NCBI GenBank assembly: GCA_048213135.1
Contig: PS015038.1
Location: 158,825-196,092, forward strand
Source of the DNA: Reclinomonas americana ATCC 50394
Lineage: Eukaryota
Direction of reading: 5' to 3'
Length of the DNA: 37,268 nucleotides
A program made the position numbers and the translations under genes. Shown one piece after another: positions 10,856-23,866 of the stretch (position 1 is its first letter; every line of letters begins with the position of its first letter). The notes under the pieces were generated by a model that saw only the letters and a list, made by a program, of their open reading frames with translations, did not search any database and was not told the origin of the DNA.

Positions 10856-12752
10856 CCCGCGTAGCCTGGGTACGCGGCTACTGGTGGCGGAGCACCGTAG
10901 GGAGCTCCCGACGAACGAGGGCCATACGCCACGCCACCACCGCGCGGCGCACCACGGCCGCCGCGGTAGTAGTCGCGATCTGTGGGGGGAAAAGGAAGAG
11001 AAGGAGGTCAGCAACACATATGCACAAGCACATGGGGCACACATAATCGATCAACGAGCCTCCCTCACCCTCGCGATAGCCACCGCTGCCGCCGGCACCA
11101 CCGGAACCACCACCACCGTAGCCACCGCCGTAGCCACCGCCATACCCGCCACCGTAGCCACCAGCATATGGCGGCGGTGCGTATCCGTAGCCGTAGCCGG
11201 CGTAGGGATCCTCGTAGCCACCGCGAGGGTACTGATCGCGGCCACCGGGGCCACCACGGCCTCCACGCGGCGGTCCAGGGAATCGCGGCTCAGCTGCGGA
11301 GCAGGGGGTGAGGTGAGAAGGGGGAAGGGGGGAGGAGAAGGGAGAAGGGAGAAGGGAGAAGGGAGAGGGGAGAGGGAGGGGAGAGGGAGGGGAGAGGGAA
11401 GTAGAGGAGAGCAGAGGGGAGAGAAACGGCGGGAGGAGATGAGAGAAGAGATGAGATGAGAGGAAGACGGCGAGGAAAAGTGCGGCGAAAAGCAGGGATT
11501 AAGGGAGAGTGCAAGAGAGAACGCAGGACAGGGACAAGGGGTGGGAGGAGAAGGGAGGAGAAGGGAGGAGAAGGGAGGAGAAGGGAGGAGAAGGGAGGAG
11601 AAGGGAGGAGAAGGGAGGAGAAGGGAGAGAGAGAGACAGACAAACCTCGCTTGCACTCGCACTGCTTGCCGTCAATCTCGAAAGTGCCCTTGTTGATGAC
11701 GCTGTCCACAGTCGCCTCATCGTCAAACGTCACAAAGCAGAAGCCGCGCGGCTTGCCAGTCTCGTGATCACGCATGATCTGCACCGAGGTCACTGGGCCG
11801 TACTTTTCAAACACCGAGCGCACCGTGTCTGCACAAAAGCACAAAGTCAGCAACTGCCGTCTGCAGAGAGAAGCACGACAGAACAGACCTTCGTTGGCAT
11901 CCCACGAGAGACCGCCGATAAAGATCTTGTTCGTGCGCAGCGCGTACTGCTGGCTGTAAATCTGCTCCTTGGGCACAGCGCGCTTCACCTCAATCTGCAC
12001 ACAGAATGCATGAGAAGGACAAGTGACAAAAAATGAAGAAAAAGGAATGAGCGCAACTCGGCGTCCGTCCAGCAAGTGCTCCGGGTGGTTAATGATGCGC
12101 TCCAGCGTCTCGCGGTTGGCGCACTCGACAAACCCAAAGCCGCGTGGCTTGCCCGTCATGCTGTTCAACATGACCATGCCTGTGTGCGCCCACCAACAAA
12201 GAAACAACACATCAGCACGTGAGCAACACAATGTGAGAACAAGCGGAAGAGTAGAATGCGAAGAGAGGAAGGAGAAAAGTGAAGAGACAATCCAATTTGG
12301 ACTTGCCACTCTGCAACCTCGTTCTCTCAACACACAAACGCAACAGTGTCGCAGCTCGCCAAACTTGCTAAAGTAGTCGCGCAGTTGATCTGTAAACGCG
12401 CAACTTTTGTTTTAGAGTCGCCGCCACTTACAAACAGACTCAACACTTGCAAAGCGCGCACACACACCTTCTGTGGTGTCCCACGAGAGGCCGCCCACGA
12501 ACACCTTGCTGCTCAACACAAACAAACACAGAGTAAGACACACACGCACACAAGAAAGCAAACTTGTTGTTGATGTCCCGCCATCTCCCTGCAAACACAC
12601 TCGCTCTTTCTCCTTCTCTCTCCAACCACACGCAACTGCTCTCCACCGGGACCACCCGGGGCACCACCTGCACCACTCGCGGGCGCCGCAGCCGCCGAGC
12701 CGCTCGCCATGCCATGCGCACCCTCTCCGTCCGGTCGCACTTCGTCAGCCAT
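10856..12752 (-). CDS. Two-RRM RNA-binding protein with Gly/Tyr/RGG-rich tail (hnRNP A/D, Musashi/DAZAP1-like); 3' end lies in or beyond the gap
   Basis: KVFVGGLSWDT..KPRGFGFV (RRM1), KIFIGGLSWD..KPRGFCFVTF (RRM2), then GGYGGGYGG and RGG low-complexity sequence. 7 introns before the gap. Confidence 0.93.
11551..11620. repeat. Perfect 10-bp tandem repeat (AAGGGAGGAG)x7 within an intronic purine tract (about 11310-11640)
   Basis: Seen directly in the sequence. Confidence 0.95.
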
Positions 12753-12887
12753 TATGCTTGTCGTTCTCGAAAGTCAATCAAAACACTGCTTTTGCTTGGT
12801 TGCTGCACGCGCGTCGCTCACGAAAAACACTGATGTGAAAAACTTGAGCGACGAATCGATGGATGGATTGTGCAATTCCACTCGACA

Positions 12888-14404
12888 ATGACCGGCGGCG
12901 GGCATCCGATGTCGCCACCGTCAATGGAAGGCCGTCGACGCGGTCTTTGTTGCGGCACGCTTGCGCTCACACTATGCATCACACTCATCCTGCTCGCGGC
13001 AATGCACGCCGCTCGCCACGCGTCGCCCCTGACAAGCCGACGCTCCTCCTCCACCGCCTCCTCCTCCTCCACATCCTCCTCATCGTCAGGTGACTCATCG
13101 CGAGTGGACTCGCCACGATCGCTGCCGTCGGCGTCGTACAAGTCGGCACCTGCACGACTGTTGCGATTGTGGACACGTGGTCCGCGGCTGGGCGAGCCGG
13201 GCTCGGCCAACTGGTGGACTCCGGAGCTGTGCGATGAGCTGCCGGTGTGGCTCGACGCCACGCGGAAACGCATCGATGATGTGGTCGAGAATGCCAATGG
13301 GTTGCAGTTGCGTGGACAAGGCAAAAGGGACATGTCGACTCGTTGCTGACTCTTGCACGAACACACAGCGATGCACTGTCGTACTCGGCCAAGGCGTCGT
13401 TTGTGCAGCAACTGAAACCGGTGCTGGCCAAGCATGCGATTCGATCGACGGTGACGGTGTTGGAGTTGCCACAGGCGATCCTGTTTACGGTGGTGCAGGT
13501 GGCGACGCGCGACTACTCCGAGTGGGTGCACAACTGGGTCTACTATACGCGGCTCAACACGCCGTTCCAGTTGCCGTTGATTGTGTGCGTCGATGAGAGC
13601 TCGCGCAAGTTTCTGCTGCAGACCGGCCTCGACGATGAGCTGTTGTATGTCGATCAGAGTGGGTGGCGTGCGGAGGCGGTCGAGTCGCGTGCGGTGGAGC
13701 TCAAGTACTTGTACGCGCACCTGATGCTGGTGCACGGGTATCAGGCGCTGTACTCGGACTGCGACGTGGTCTTCCATCGTGACCCGCTGCTGGCGGTGAT
13801 GAACCTGCCGTTCGACTTCCCGTCGTACGACGAGCCCACCAAGCCGGCGCGCTGGCAACCGGCGCTGCCCGACTGGTACGCTCTCAGCGACGCCACCGAT
13901 CCGAAGACGACGCACTGGCGTCTGCCGTTCTCGACGCGCGTACGTGCGCCGTACCTCAACCTGCCCACCGCCTGCATCACCTACGCCCGCTGTCCCAACT
14001 GGCCACACAACTACTGCCTCTCGACCGGACTGTGGCTGGCGCAGCCGACCGCGCGGACACGCGCACTGCTGGCGCAAATGATTGACCTGATTCCGCGTTT
14101 CGCGCTGTGGGAGCAAAATCTGTTCAACTCGATCGTGGACCTGCACGTGCTGCAGGACGGACTGGTGCTGGTGACGCTGCCGCCAGACCGCGTACTGAAT
14201 GTGCCCGTTGGCGTCGATGCCATGCGGCTGGTCGGTTTTGCGTGTCGCGAGAGCGAACGTGTGGCCTCGCATGTGGGCCACCGATCCGGCAAGCGGAAGA
14301 AGCAAGTATTCATCGACGGTGGTCTGTGGAAGGGAGCGTCGTTGATGCTTCCGCCGGCGCCGGGATCGGAGGTTGTTGGCGGTGGGGAGGATAAGAATAG
14401 GTAG
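12888..14404 (+). CDS. Type II membrane nucleotide-diphospho-sugar transferase (GT-A fold, GT77-like)
   Basis: N-terminal TM segment (LCCGTLALTLCITLILLAAM), Ser-rich stem, DxD motif YSDCDVVFHRDP, CLSTGLWLAQPT, WEQNLFN. One intron at 13307-13368. Confidence 0.8.
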
Positions 14405-14522
14405 TGGCGGTGGTGGGGGGTGGAAGTGGAGAAGTGAATGTGGGAGGGATAATTGGGAGGTTGGTGGAATGGCAGACTTCTCTTTGTAGTTGGCTTCGTT
14501 TAAATTAATACCAGAATGCAGT

Positions 14523-17500
14523 TTACAATGTCTTGACACCAAGCGACTCAAGCATTGACCTTGCTTCTGTGTTTGCACCCACCACATACAAATCATCGTC
14601 TGTGTTTGATGAAGTCGCAGTATTGGTTGACGTCGCAGTTGAGCTACGTGTCGAGCTCGAGCTGGTCGACTTGTAGCTGATGTCAACATCAACTGCGCAC
14701 ACAGGTTAGCAAGCAGATTGGACTGACACAGGCGATGTGGACACAGCCGCAAAGAAACGCAACGTTCCTCCGCAAACTGCACATGACAAGCGCAAAGAGT
14801 GAAATCAACTGACAAGAAATGCAAGAAGACTGATAGGCCGGGAGAACACAAACCATCGCAAGTTGGGGCATTGAGTCTGCCATCCAGTCCAGCGCAAAGC
14901 GCGTACGCATCGTCTCCCGCGCTCGCTCGAAGAGACACCGCAGCTCCGATGCTCGGACCCACCACTGCCGAGTCGTGTGTTTCCACTCATCAGAGGAGAG
15001 CTGAGTGCGCTTGTCGAGTGAGCGCACAGATTGGAAACTGAACAAGCTAAAGCGAACACAAACAAACCATCTCAGTCAGCTCGAGAGATTTGCGAAGATG
15101 CACCAGAGCACTGTTCGCGCACTCGGTAATAATGCGATTGCGTGGCTGATGGTCGTTACGGTTCCAGTGCTGGTGGATGGTGGCCAGGGGAGTGTGGAGC
15201 ATGAATTCTAGTCCACCCAAAACCTGCGCCAGGTTCGATAACACCTCCTTGCATGATTCCAGCGCAATTTGAGTTTCGAGCACTCGCTTCTTGTTACAGC
15301 CATCCAGGTGTTCGTAGCGTCTCAGCGCAAACCGCAAGTCAATAGATTGCGACTCAATGGTGGTCTTGAAGTCTTGCAACCTGCGCGTAAAGGCCTTTTC
15401 CAGTTCGCACAGCTCCGGTTTCGGCAGTTCACAGTCACGTAGCTGCTCCAACAGCCGCTCTGTCTCCGTCAGTCGATAAATTCGCAGCGTATATAGGAAC
15501 ACCAGCAAAGCGTCCGTGTCTGTTCTACCATCAGAGTTGGCGAACGCTGCATGCGCGCCAACGGTCGAGGGCATTTCCAGCCTGATGCTTGTGTCAGCGA
15601 TTGACAGCACGGTTCGGGCCGCCTACCCACAAGCAAGAAACAGAGTAAGGGAGGAACTGTGCAAGTGTAACCTCGGCCAGAGAGAGAACCTGCACAAGAT
15701 GAGTCGAGTCGCCGTACAAGCAAACGAGTGCCGCTTGTCCGCAGATAAGCTTCAGCGCGTTGATGTGATGTTCCGTGCGCGAACGCACAACAGGCGAACT
15801 CTCCAGATGAACAGACAGACGCTCCCACTCCGACTGGGCGCGCGCCAGAAACTGTACAACTGCGCGTGCTTGTCTGCTGTCTGCGCATGGGTGTAGCGTG
15901 TTGGCACGAGTTCGGAGAGACAGACACTGTGTGCTAGCAACCAACCATCAACTTTGCACGCTGCTGACGCCGCTAGGACACGATAATGCAAGTCTCCACG
16001 CATCCGATCGATGGTGCGACCAACTTCTGCCCTCGCCACAACAATTAGTTCTCTCATTGCTGAGTAAGATCAGATGCAAGCACAAACCATCCATTGTGGC
16101 GTCGTCTGGAATGATCGTGAGTGCCACTTCGATTTCTATACCGGCAGCTGCAGCCGCAAGTTCCTGCTGCCGACGGTCAAGCCAACTTGGTGTGACACCG
16201 TCGTCACTTAAGTCATCCTCTTCAGCATCAGAGTCAGCGAGATCGTGACGGAGACAGGAACTCGCGTCGTTGAGGTAGCTTGACAAGTCCGTCGCCGAGA
16301 TTCGTGTCTATTATCAGAAACAATATATTAGAACAACTCACTGCCATATAACACAGATTTCACTCACCCCTGGCAGTCCGGCATCGGACGCTGGTAGAGG
16401 CGCTGCCTCGGATCCGGTGTCCGAAGTGCCAGCGACGGTGCTCAAGGACTGTTGTCGAGACTCTCCACCGACAAGGAGTTGTCGTATATCGTCCACCGAC
16501 AACTCAGTGGCCATTCTTGCGAAAATGGCCGACTGCGGAAGAAGAAGCTGCGCATCCACTGCAGTTTCGGCCAGCGAATTTGGGCTGAACTCTCCGTCGA
16601 TCAACTCTGTGCATGTGGTTGACACGGGCGGTGATTGGTGGGTGACATGGGTGCAAGCAGCAAACCTTGCAACAGGTTGTCAATGAGTGACCGGCACTCT
16701 GCAAGTCTCTCCTCGAATACAAGAGTAACGAATCGGTCCCTTGACTCCTGAAGTCGACGCTGCAGAAGCATTGGAGATGAGACCTGCACAAAGATTGTAT
16801 CCACAGATTACTTGCGTACCTGGGTGTGCTGGCACATAATCTCAACGATATCGCGACTGCCGAGTGCATAGTCAGGGCCCTCGTTTGCAGTCAGCACAAA
16901 CACTGCTGCGGTCCCGTAGTTCTCATGAGCGAGAGCCTCCGTCGCGGCAGTGCCACACTCAGCAACTGTCAGCTCCCTCGGGCGCGACTGCATCCGCAAC
17001 GCGACCAGCATCTGGAGAGCAGTCCTCATCGACGATCTGGCAGCCACTTGACGCAGCATGGTGATGCCATTCTCATTTTTGTGCCCCAGCAAGCGCCGAG
17101 GGTCGCACTGTCGCAGATGCGGTTAGTTGCAACCACGAAAGTGGCATGAGGGTGAGGAACTTGCCTTCCTGAACAACTCCATGAACGCTCCACCGAGTGA
17201 AGCATCTGAGCTGCTGACCAGTGTAACCAGCAGATTGTTGCCGTCCTCATCGAGCAACAACTCAATGTCTGCCGATGTGAGTTCGGAGGCACAGCAGAGC
17301 GCAAAATAGAATCCTTCTACCCAGCAATGTGCGAACGCTTGAAGTGGAGCAACTTCCACGTCACTGAACGAGCGATCCACAAGCAGCCTACAGTGGCACC
17401 AAGATGAGCAATCGTGAGCATCGACAAGTTTACCTATCTGTTTTGTTCAGACACGAAACGACTGGTACCACGGTCCGTCACTCCGGTTGCAAAGCAGCAT

Positions 17501-20405
17501 CTGTAGACCTTCCACGTCAGCGCTCACGGCCAAGCTGAACAGGATGTGCAGGGCAGGTCGACTGGCCGATGCTGCCAGGCCTTGCAGATCATATTGCATT
17601 CCTACGCATAGGGTACCACACCTTCAAATAAACTACCGATACGCTGAAGTTGAGCGCAGCACACAAAATGTCGAACCGTCCATCGCATTCCGGGAAAATG
17701 AGATCGTCGTTCGAGACTCGGGTACAGACGACTCCTCAAAGTATCGCCTCTGCGACGACGGCGGATGATCACTCGAGCCTGCATACATGCAAGGCAGTTG
17801 AGTATTTGTGTTGCAGAAAGAAACGACAACGTGATAGACATGCCGTACCGGACGGCTCGCCGACACCTACTCTTTCGAGAGGTGGCATCGGTGGTAGTGG
17901 ATCGTCTGCCTTCTCACCACGCGCCTTGATCTTGGGTGGCTTCCCTCGAATCACTTGCATGGGCTTGTTGTACACGACGCAGCCATCTCGCTCCGCAACA
18001 ACGACAAACATCAATGCGCCGTTCCTCTGGTCGCTCACAAACTCGAGATCGACCTCGACGGTGATCACGCCGTCGGAGTATTCTGGGTAAGCACGTCCAC
18101 CCACCACTTTGCACAGTCGAGAAATCTGCGTACGCAAGCATTGTGGGACTCTACGGAAGTGCTGGACCACAGTGCTCAATTGAACGCACCTCGCGATGCA
18201 CCATCGCTGAACTGTGCGCAAATAGCACACCGATAGCATGAATGGCAGTCATCATTTCGACAGTGGCACCGACACACTGGAGGCGGACACTCAGTGGCAG
18301 CATAGTTCCGTCTGGATTCCTTGCCAAGTACACCTCCTCTGGAATGGGGATGAACTCTGTGCGTCAGTCACATTATTAGCAAAGCAGAACTACAGCGAGA
18401 GACGGCACGGCAAATACAGTGTTCGAGACCTATTTGACAACCAGGCTTGGGACGTCGAAGTCGATTGCTTTCATCGCCAACATGCACCGGCACGTGGTCA
18501 GTGGATGAAATTGCCCACCACTGCGAAGAATCGTATCCCGGAGCGTCTTGATGGCCCATCCACGTAATGTGGCTGGCACAATACGGTGACGCCCCCTCAG
18601 CTGCCCTGTTTCGCAACACTACAGGCACCGTGCACTCCAGCTTGTACGACCGCGCACCTTCCCCAGGTGGCTCGTCGCCGAAATGCACGTCGAGCACAAA
18701 TCGAAACCTACACAGTGGATCGCAACCCCTGCAATTCCTCACGGCCTAACGCACGTGCACACACGGTCGAATTCAGTTGCTGACAAAGGCGGAATAACAA
18801 ATGGTGTCGCATACCTCCAACTGCTCAACAGCGATGTCCACTGTCGTACGGGACCTGCCGACAAAAGCCGAGACTGCGAAACATCGCAGGCGAGACTCTG
18901 CTCTCGCCAACATGGCTTCGTCGATGCACCTGGTCGCAGGCTCCAGACGAACGTCAGCTGCGTGAATCCTGGCCTGAAGATCCTCCCGATGCCCAGGCTC
19001 AACTCGGAGCTCGAACTGCAGGCTAGTTGGCAGCACAGGGCCCGTCATGCCCTGAAAGTCCATCGCCAGCAAGAAATCGCGACTCAAGAGCTGGTGATAC
19101 TGATGCGCATGCATGTAGGTGTCAGCTTTCACCGCCGAGTGCGCCCTGTCCTCCAGATCGCGTTGGCACAGGCAGAACACGATTTCACCCTCAGTGCAAA
19201 TATGGGGGAGGACATTCTCCAAGTTCCACTTCGCACCAGCGAGAAGCCGATTGCACTCGACAACGTCATCGGTACCGCGAGTGGAATCACTGCGGACCTG
19301 TGAAACACAGACGTGCATGTCACGTCAGCGCAAAGACAAAGCACGTGTGCGGTCATTTGCACGCACCATACTGACTTTGTATCCGCCACCAGGGCCTCGG
19401 TGGCCGAGCAGGATTTCAGGAGGACCTGCTCTGATGACACGCAGGTACTCCTCCGCTGATGCTACTATTGATTGGCCGCCACTTCCAGCGTCGACACAGC
19501 CGATTCCACTGCTCATTCCGCCGTAAACGTAACCTCCACTGCCACTGCCGCTGCCACCGCTGCCACCTCTACCGTCATAGTCACCACCGAGAAGTCCGCT
19601 GCGATCCACCACGATCTCTGGAGTTGGCTGTTCGAGTGCCGGAGCTCCATCGGGACCGCGAAGACCGGCAACAAGCCCCCGTGCACAGAAAACGCCACTG
19701 CGGGCATTAACATGGTCGGCAGCATCAGCGGCAGCTGAGGATTTCTGCATCCCTGGCCTCAACAACACAGGCGGTGGCGCGGCAGCCGTCGGTGGCTGCT
19801 GAGTTTGATGCCTGACGGCAGAATACTCAGGATCCACTCTACGAGCTGCTTCAACCAGGGCCGTGAGGCCAGGAGCGAGGGGCGAAGGCGGTCGCGGCGG
19901 AGGTGGTGGTGGCTACACGCAGTATTTGAGAGCAAGCGAAAGCAGAGCCCATGATTCCAGATGCTCACCATCACAGCCACTGGCACTGGCACATGCTTCG
20001 GTACCATCTCCATCTCCACGTCGTCGTCGGCGACCAGGTGCGCGGCTTCATCGCCTCCACCAACGCCGATGCCCGCACCAGCACCCTGTGTACAATGTGA
20101 GAACATCAAAGGCACAAGCGAAGCTTTCGACAACATGCAACCTTTTGCGCAAACTGAAGCGAATACGCAGCACGGACTGCCGGTGGCTCGTCCTGAGGTC
20201 CACCCATGTGAGAATCGAGCAATGTACGTAAACAGATGATTGCTAATGAACCAAGTGCTCTTGCGGTGAGTGTTGTGTGTGAGAGTGTATGTGAATGTGA
20301 GAGTGTGAGACCGGGTGTGTGTGAATGCGAGTGTGTGTGTAAACATGCCGCACATTGATGCGATAACACCTCACTCACCATGTCGGCGTCCTCCAAGTCA
20401 CTCAT
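14523..20405 (-). CDS. Large multi-exon hypothetical protein with degenerate ankyrin-like segments and a helical C-terminus
   Basis: About 17 introns join the minus-strand ORF pieces in frame from MSDLEDADM (20405) to TAA at 14523. DEDGNNLL and KNENGITML resemble ankyrin-repeat starts. A few donor positions are ambiguous. Confidence 0.65.
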
Positions 20406-20546
20406 GGCTCTCGTCTCGACTGGTCGTCTCCCTTGACTTGCGACGTCGAGTCTTATTGTGCCGCTGCGGAGGGCGCCGTGTTTCTCCGCGTTTCCGACAC
20501 CCGACGCCTGTTGACAGGACTGCTCGGACAGACAGACACTCACACC

Positions 20547-20710
20547 ATGGCCGCCGCCGACGACCGGCGCTCTGTGCATCGCCTACGTGTGCACAGAGAC
20601 TGCGACGCACAATACCCGGGTCACTTGAGCGCGAGAGCCGATGACCTGCTGTACTTCTCGTGTGAAGTAGTTGCGTTTTTCCTCGCACACGCCATACACA
20701 CACACAGAGA

Positions 20711-20749
<39 letters not shown>

Positions 20750-23487
20750 CGTGAGAGCGGAGGGAGAGGAAAGACATCTGATTGTGTGATGATGCATTGA
20801 GATGACTTGATTGTTCTCTCCTTCCCCCCCCCCCCCCTCCCCTCTCTCTCCACTCACACTCACACTCACACAGCCACAAGCACACCCCAACTACGTCTAC
20901 GTGATGCGGCACAAGCGTACACTGGGTCAGCCACTGCGCGGATACGTGCCACAAGCTGTGGTCACTGGTGAAACATGCGGTCCACCACCACCACCACCAG
21001 TTCGACGCATTGTGGATGACAGTCAGCGACGGCGTGAGGAGGGAGGAGGCGGCAGTTCGTCTTCTTCACCACCGTACTCGTCGTGGCCGCCTCCTCCGGC
21101 GTTTCCGTGTCAGCACTGCTATGCATCGTTTTCCGGCAGCGAGGATCTGCAGTTCCACGTGTTGACGGAGCACGCTGAGCTGGCTGTTGAGGTTGGTGAG
21201 AGGGGGGAAGGGAGGAAAGAGATTGAGAGATCTAGAAGTAAGGGAAAGGGCGAAGAAGAAGGAGAGAGAGAGAGAGAAGAGAGAAAGGGAGGAGACAGAG
21301 GGACGAGAGAGAAGAAGACAGAAGAGAGAAAGGGAAGAAAGACGAACGGGAGGGATCGAGAGAGAGAGAACTAAAGGGAGGAGACAGAGGGAATGGGAGA
21401 GAAGAAAAGAAGAAGACAGAAGAGAGAAAGGGAAGAAAAGATCGAGAAAGCGAGAGAGAGAGAACTGAAGGGAGGAGACGGAGGGAATGAGAGAGAAAAA
21501 ACGAAGACAGAAGAAGACAGAAGAGAGAAAGGGAAGAAAGACGAACGGGAGGGATCGAGAAAGCGAGAGAGAGAACTGAAGGGAGGAGACAGAGGGAATG
21601 AGAGAGAAGAAAAGAAGAAGACAGAAGAAGACAGAAGAGGGAAAGGGAAGAAGACTGACGGGAGAGAAGGAAGACAGCAGAAGACACACGCACGCACACA
21701 CAGCCGTGTTCATCTGCGACGCCACTGCTGCTCTTTCTAGCTATCGCATTGCAGATCGCATTGCAAAGAACGTGGTGGACGAGGCAGGAGCGTGCAAGCT
21801 TGATCACTTGCGGGAAAGCACTCTCTTCTCTATCCGAGGCGACAGAGAGACACAGCATCACCTGCACTCTTCACAGTCGTCACACTCTTCGAAGTCCTCA
21901 CGCTTCTCCCCCCACAGATGATGGACATGCAGCTACGCGAGTCGCTGGGCAGTGCGCGACCGCCGGAGCTGTGTTCACTGGACGAGTTGATGCGTGGTGC
22001 GAAGCCACGATCGTGGAGCTGGTCGAGGTGTGTGCACTCCGCCCGAGTAACCCTCCTTTCCTCCCCGTCATCATGGTGGATGCTATACGCAGATTCCCGG
22101 AAAGCGACCGTGAGCTGCGACAGTGTGTGGTCGGCAAGTACCGCGGCATTGCCGGCAACAACAACTCGTGCTACATGGACTGCGCCGTGTTCTGTCTCTT
22201 TGCCTTCACCGACGCGTTCGACGGGTGCCTGCGTCAAGTGGCCACCGACGAGAGCTACGTGTACCCGGCGGAGTGGCACGAGAATGCCGTCCGTTCGCTG
22301 GAGTTGTGCGTCCGTCGACTGCGCCACGACTGTTTCGTGCCCGAGACCGAGGTGCGGTGCCGCTTCTGTGCTGGTCTCTTCGCTGCTGTCCCTCACTATG
22401 TCGCCCTCTCAGATGCTGGCGTTGCACGACGCAATCTCACCGTTCCTTGCCGGCGACGGGTTCCATGGTGACGTGCGCGAGAAGCGCGACGTGACAGAGG
22501 TGTTTGACGCCATGTGGCGTGCCTCGCGGGTATGTGATTTCCTGCCGTGCTTCTGTCTATCCGTCTGCTTGTCTCCTTCTGCCTCTCATTTCCCGATCTA
22601 TCTCTTCGACTATCTGTCTGTGTTTCATACCTCTCTCTCTATCTCTGACGTTCAATCTTCTCTTCTCCTTCCACATCCGTCTCCCTTCTCTTTCTCCCTT
22701 CACCAACCATTCTTCCGTGGCAGGCCCCACTGCCCCTAGTTCTGCGCACCGTCACCGGCACGGGGTCTGCCGCACCTCTGATGCACTGCAGCTACTTGCA
22801 GCTGACGGAGGGCGCCCCTGGAGGTGCACGTGAGACGAGTGTGCAGCATTTGCTGCATAGCTTCCTCGACCAGAACCGAATGCAGTTTGATCGAGCCCCC
22901 GACACGCTCATTCTCGTGCTGCCACGTGCTGGTATGTGTGTATTGTTCACGAAGCATTCGACTCTCTCCGTGTGCTCACCTGATACGTGCAGGAGAGTAC
23001 CGCGCACTCGACGCTTGCGTCGCCAACCCCATTCTCCAACTGCAGCCACAGCACATCAGCCAGTCGCCACCGCCAGCTTCCAGTCGGTTCGGTCGCAGTG
23101 AGGTGGAGGCGAGCGGCGCCGAGTACAAATTGCACGCCATTGTGGCCATTGAGCGCGCACATTACGTCTGCTACGCCGAATGCGACGGCATTGGATGGGT
23201 GCAGTACAACAGGTGCGGTTGCAGTGTTCTCTCTCCCCTCCGTGCCCTCCACCTCCAACTCCTCTCACAAAGGAGTATACACTATGCGCAGCATGGCTCA
23301 CCAGTTCCAGGGCAATGGCGAGTGCGTGCCCGAAGTGAGCGAGTGCCACGATCTGGCGCGTCACTTGAAAACATTTTCCGAGAATCCGCGAATCATCAGC
23401 ATCCGTCTCGACTCGTTGCAGGAGCACACAAGACGAGCCATTCGCGACCCGTACGTGTGGGTGTACATACGAGAGCAGCGACAGTAA
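20547..23487 (+). CDS. CYLD-type ubiquitin-specific protease with N-terminal SH3-like domain and C2H2/UBZ-like zinc finger
   Basis: Cys box VGKYRGIAGNNNSCYMDCAVFCLFAF, APDTLILVLPR, His box LHAIVAIERAHYVCY...WVQYNSMA, all paralleling CYLD. SH3-like DAQYPGHLSARADDLL...RGYVP. Finger CQHC...FHVLTEH. 7 introns. Confidence 0.85.
21200..21680. repeat. Purine-rich ~90-110 bp degenerate tandem repeat (about 4 copies) in a CYLD-like gene intron
   Basis: gggaggagac(a/g)gaggga recurs at about 21287, 21376, 21469 and 21581. Confidence 0.85.
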
Positions 23488-23866
23488 AGGCAATGTAAAA
23501 GCGCCGAGTGGTGGACAGATGCTGCGTGGAGATCCTGCGTTTCCGCTGTGCTGGTGGCAAGCCGGCTCAAAATCAGAACCAAGCAAACAATCTTCCACCC
23601 TTAGCAGCTGCACCGCAGCCTCAGGGTAATTAGAACCATCGCAGCACCCAGCTTCAACGAGTTCAGATTCTACGTAGGCCGCTGACACTATTGTGCGCCA
23701 CGATATCCTCTCGAGGCCCATACGCGTTTGATTGGCTTTGCCTCTTCAAGACTGTTGGAGAAGAGCAATTTTGTGTTTGTATTGTTGGTGCACCAAGGTC
23801 ATTGTCATCAAGGGATTTGTGGGCGTTTATCGCAGGTGGTGAATGAAGTGTTTTGTTTGTTTTTCA

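Noticed and set aside
12818-14986. 722-aa minus-strand ORF
   Set aside because: Mostly the antisense shadow of the GC3-biased glycosyltransferase gene, with no protein-like features. The same applies to 21-926(+) and 4320-5330(+).
21704-21840. Extra exon with a GC donor inside the long CYLD-like intron
   Set aside because: Direct splicing of 21192-21917 keeps the frame with canonical sites. The extra exon needs a weak donor and gives an inconsistent downstream phase.
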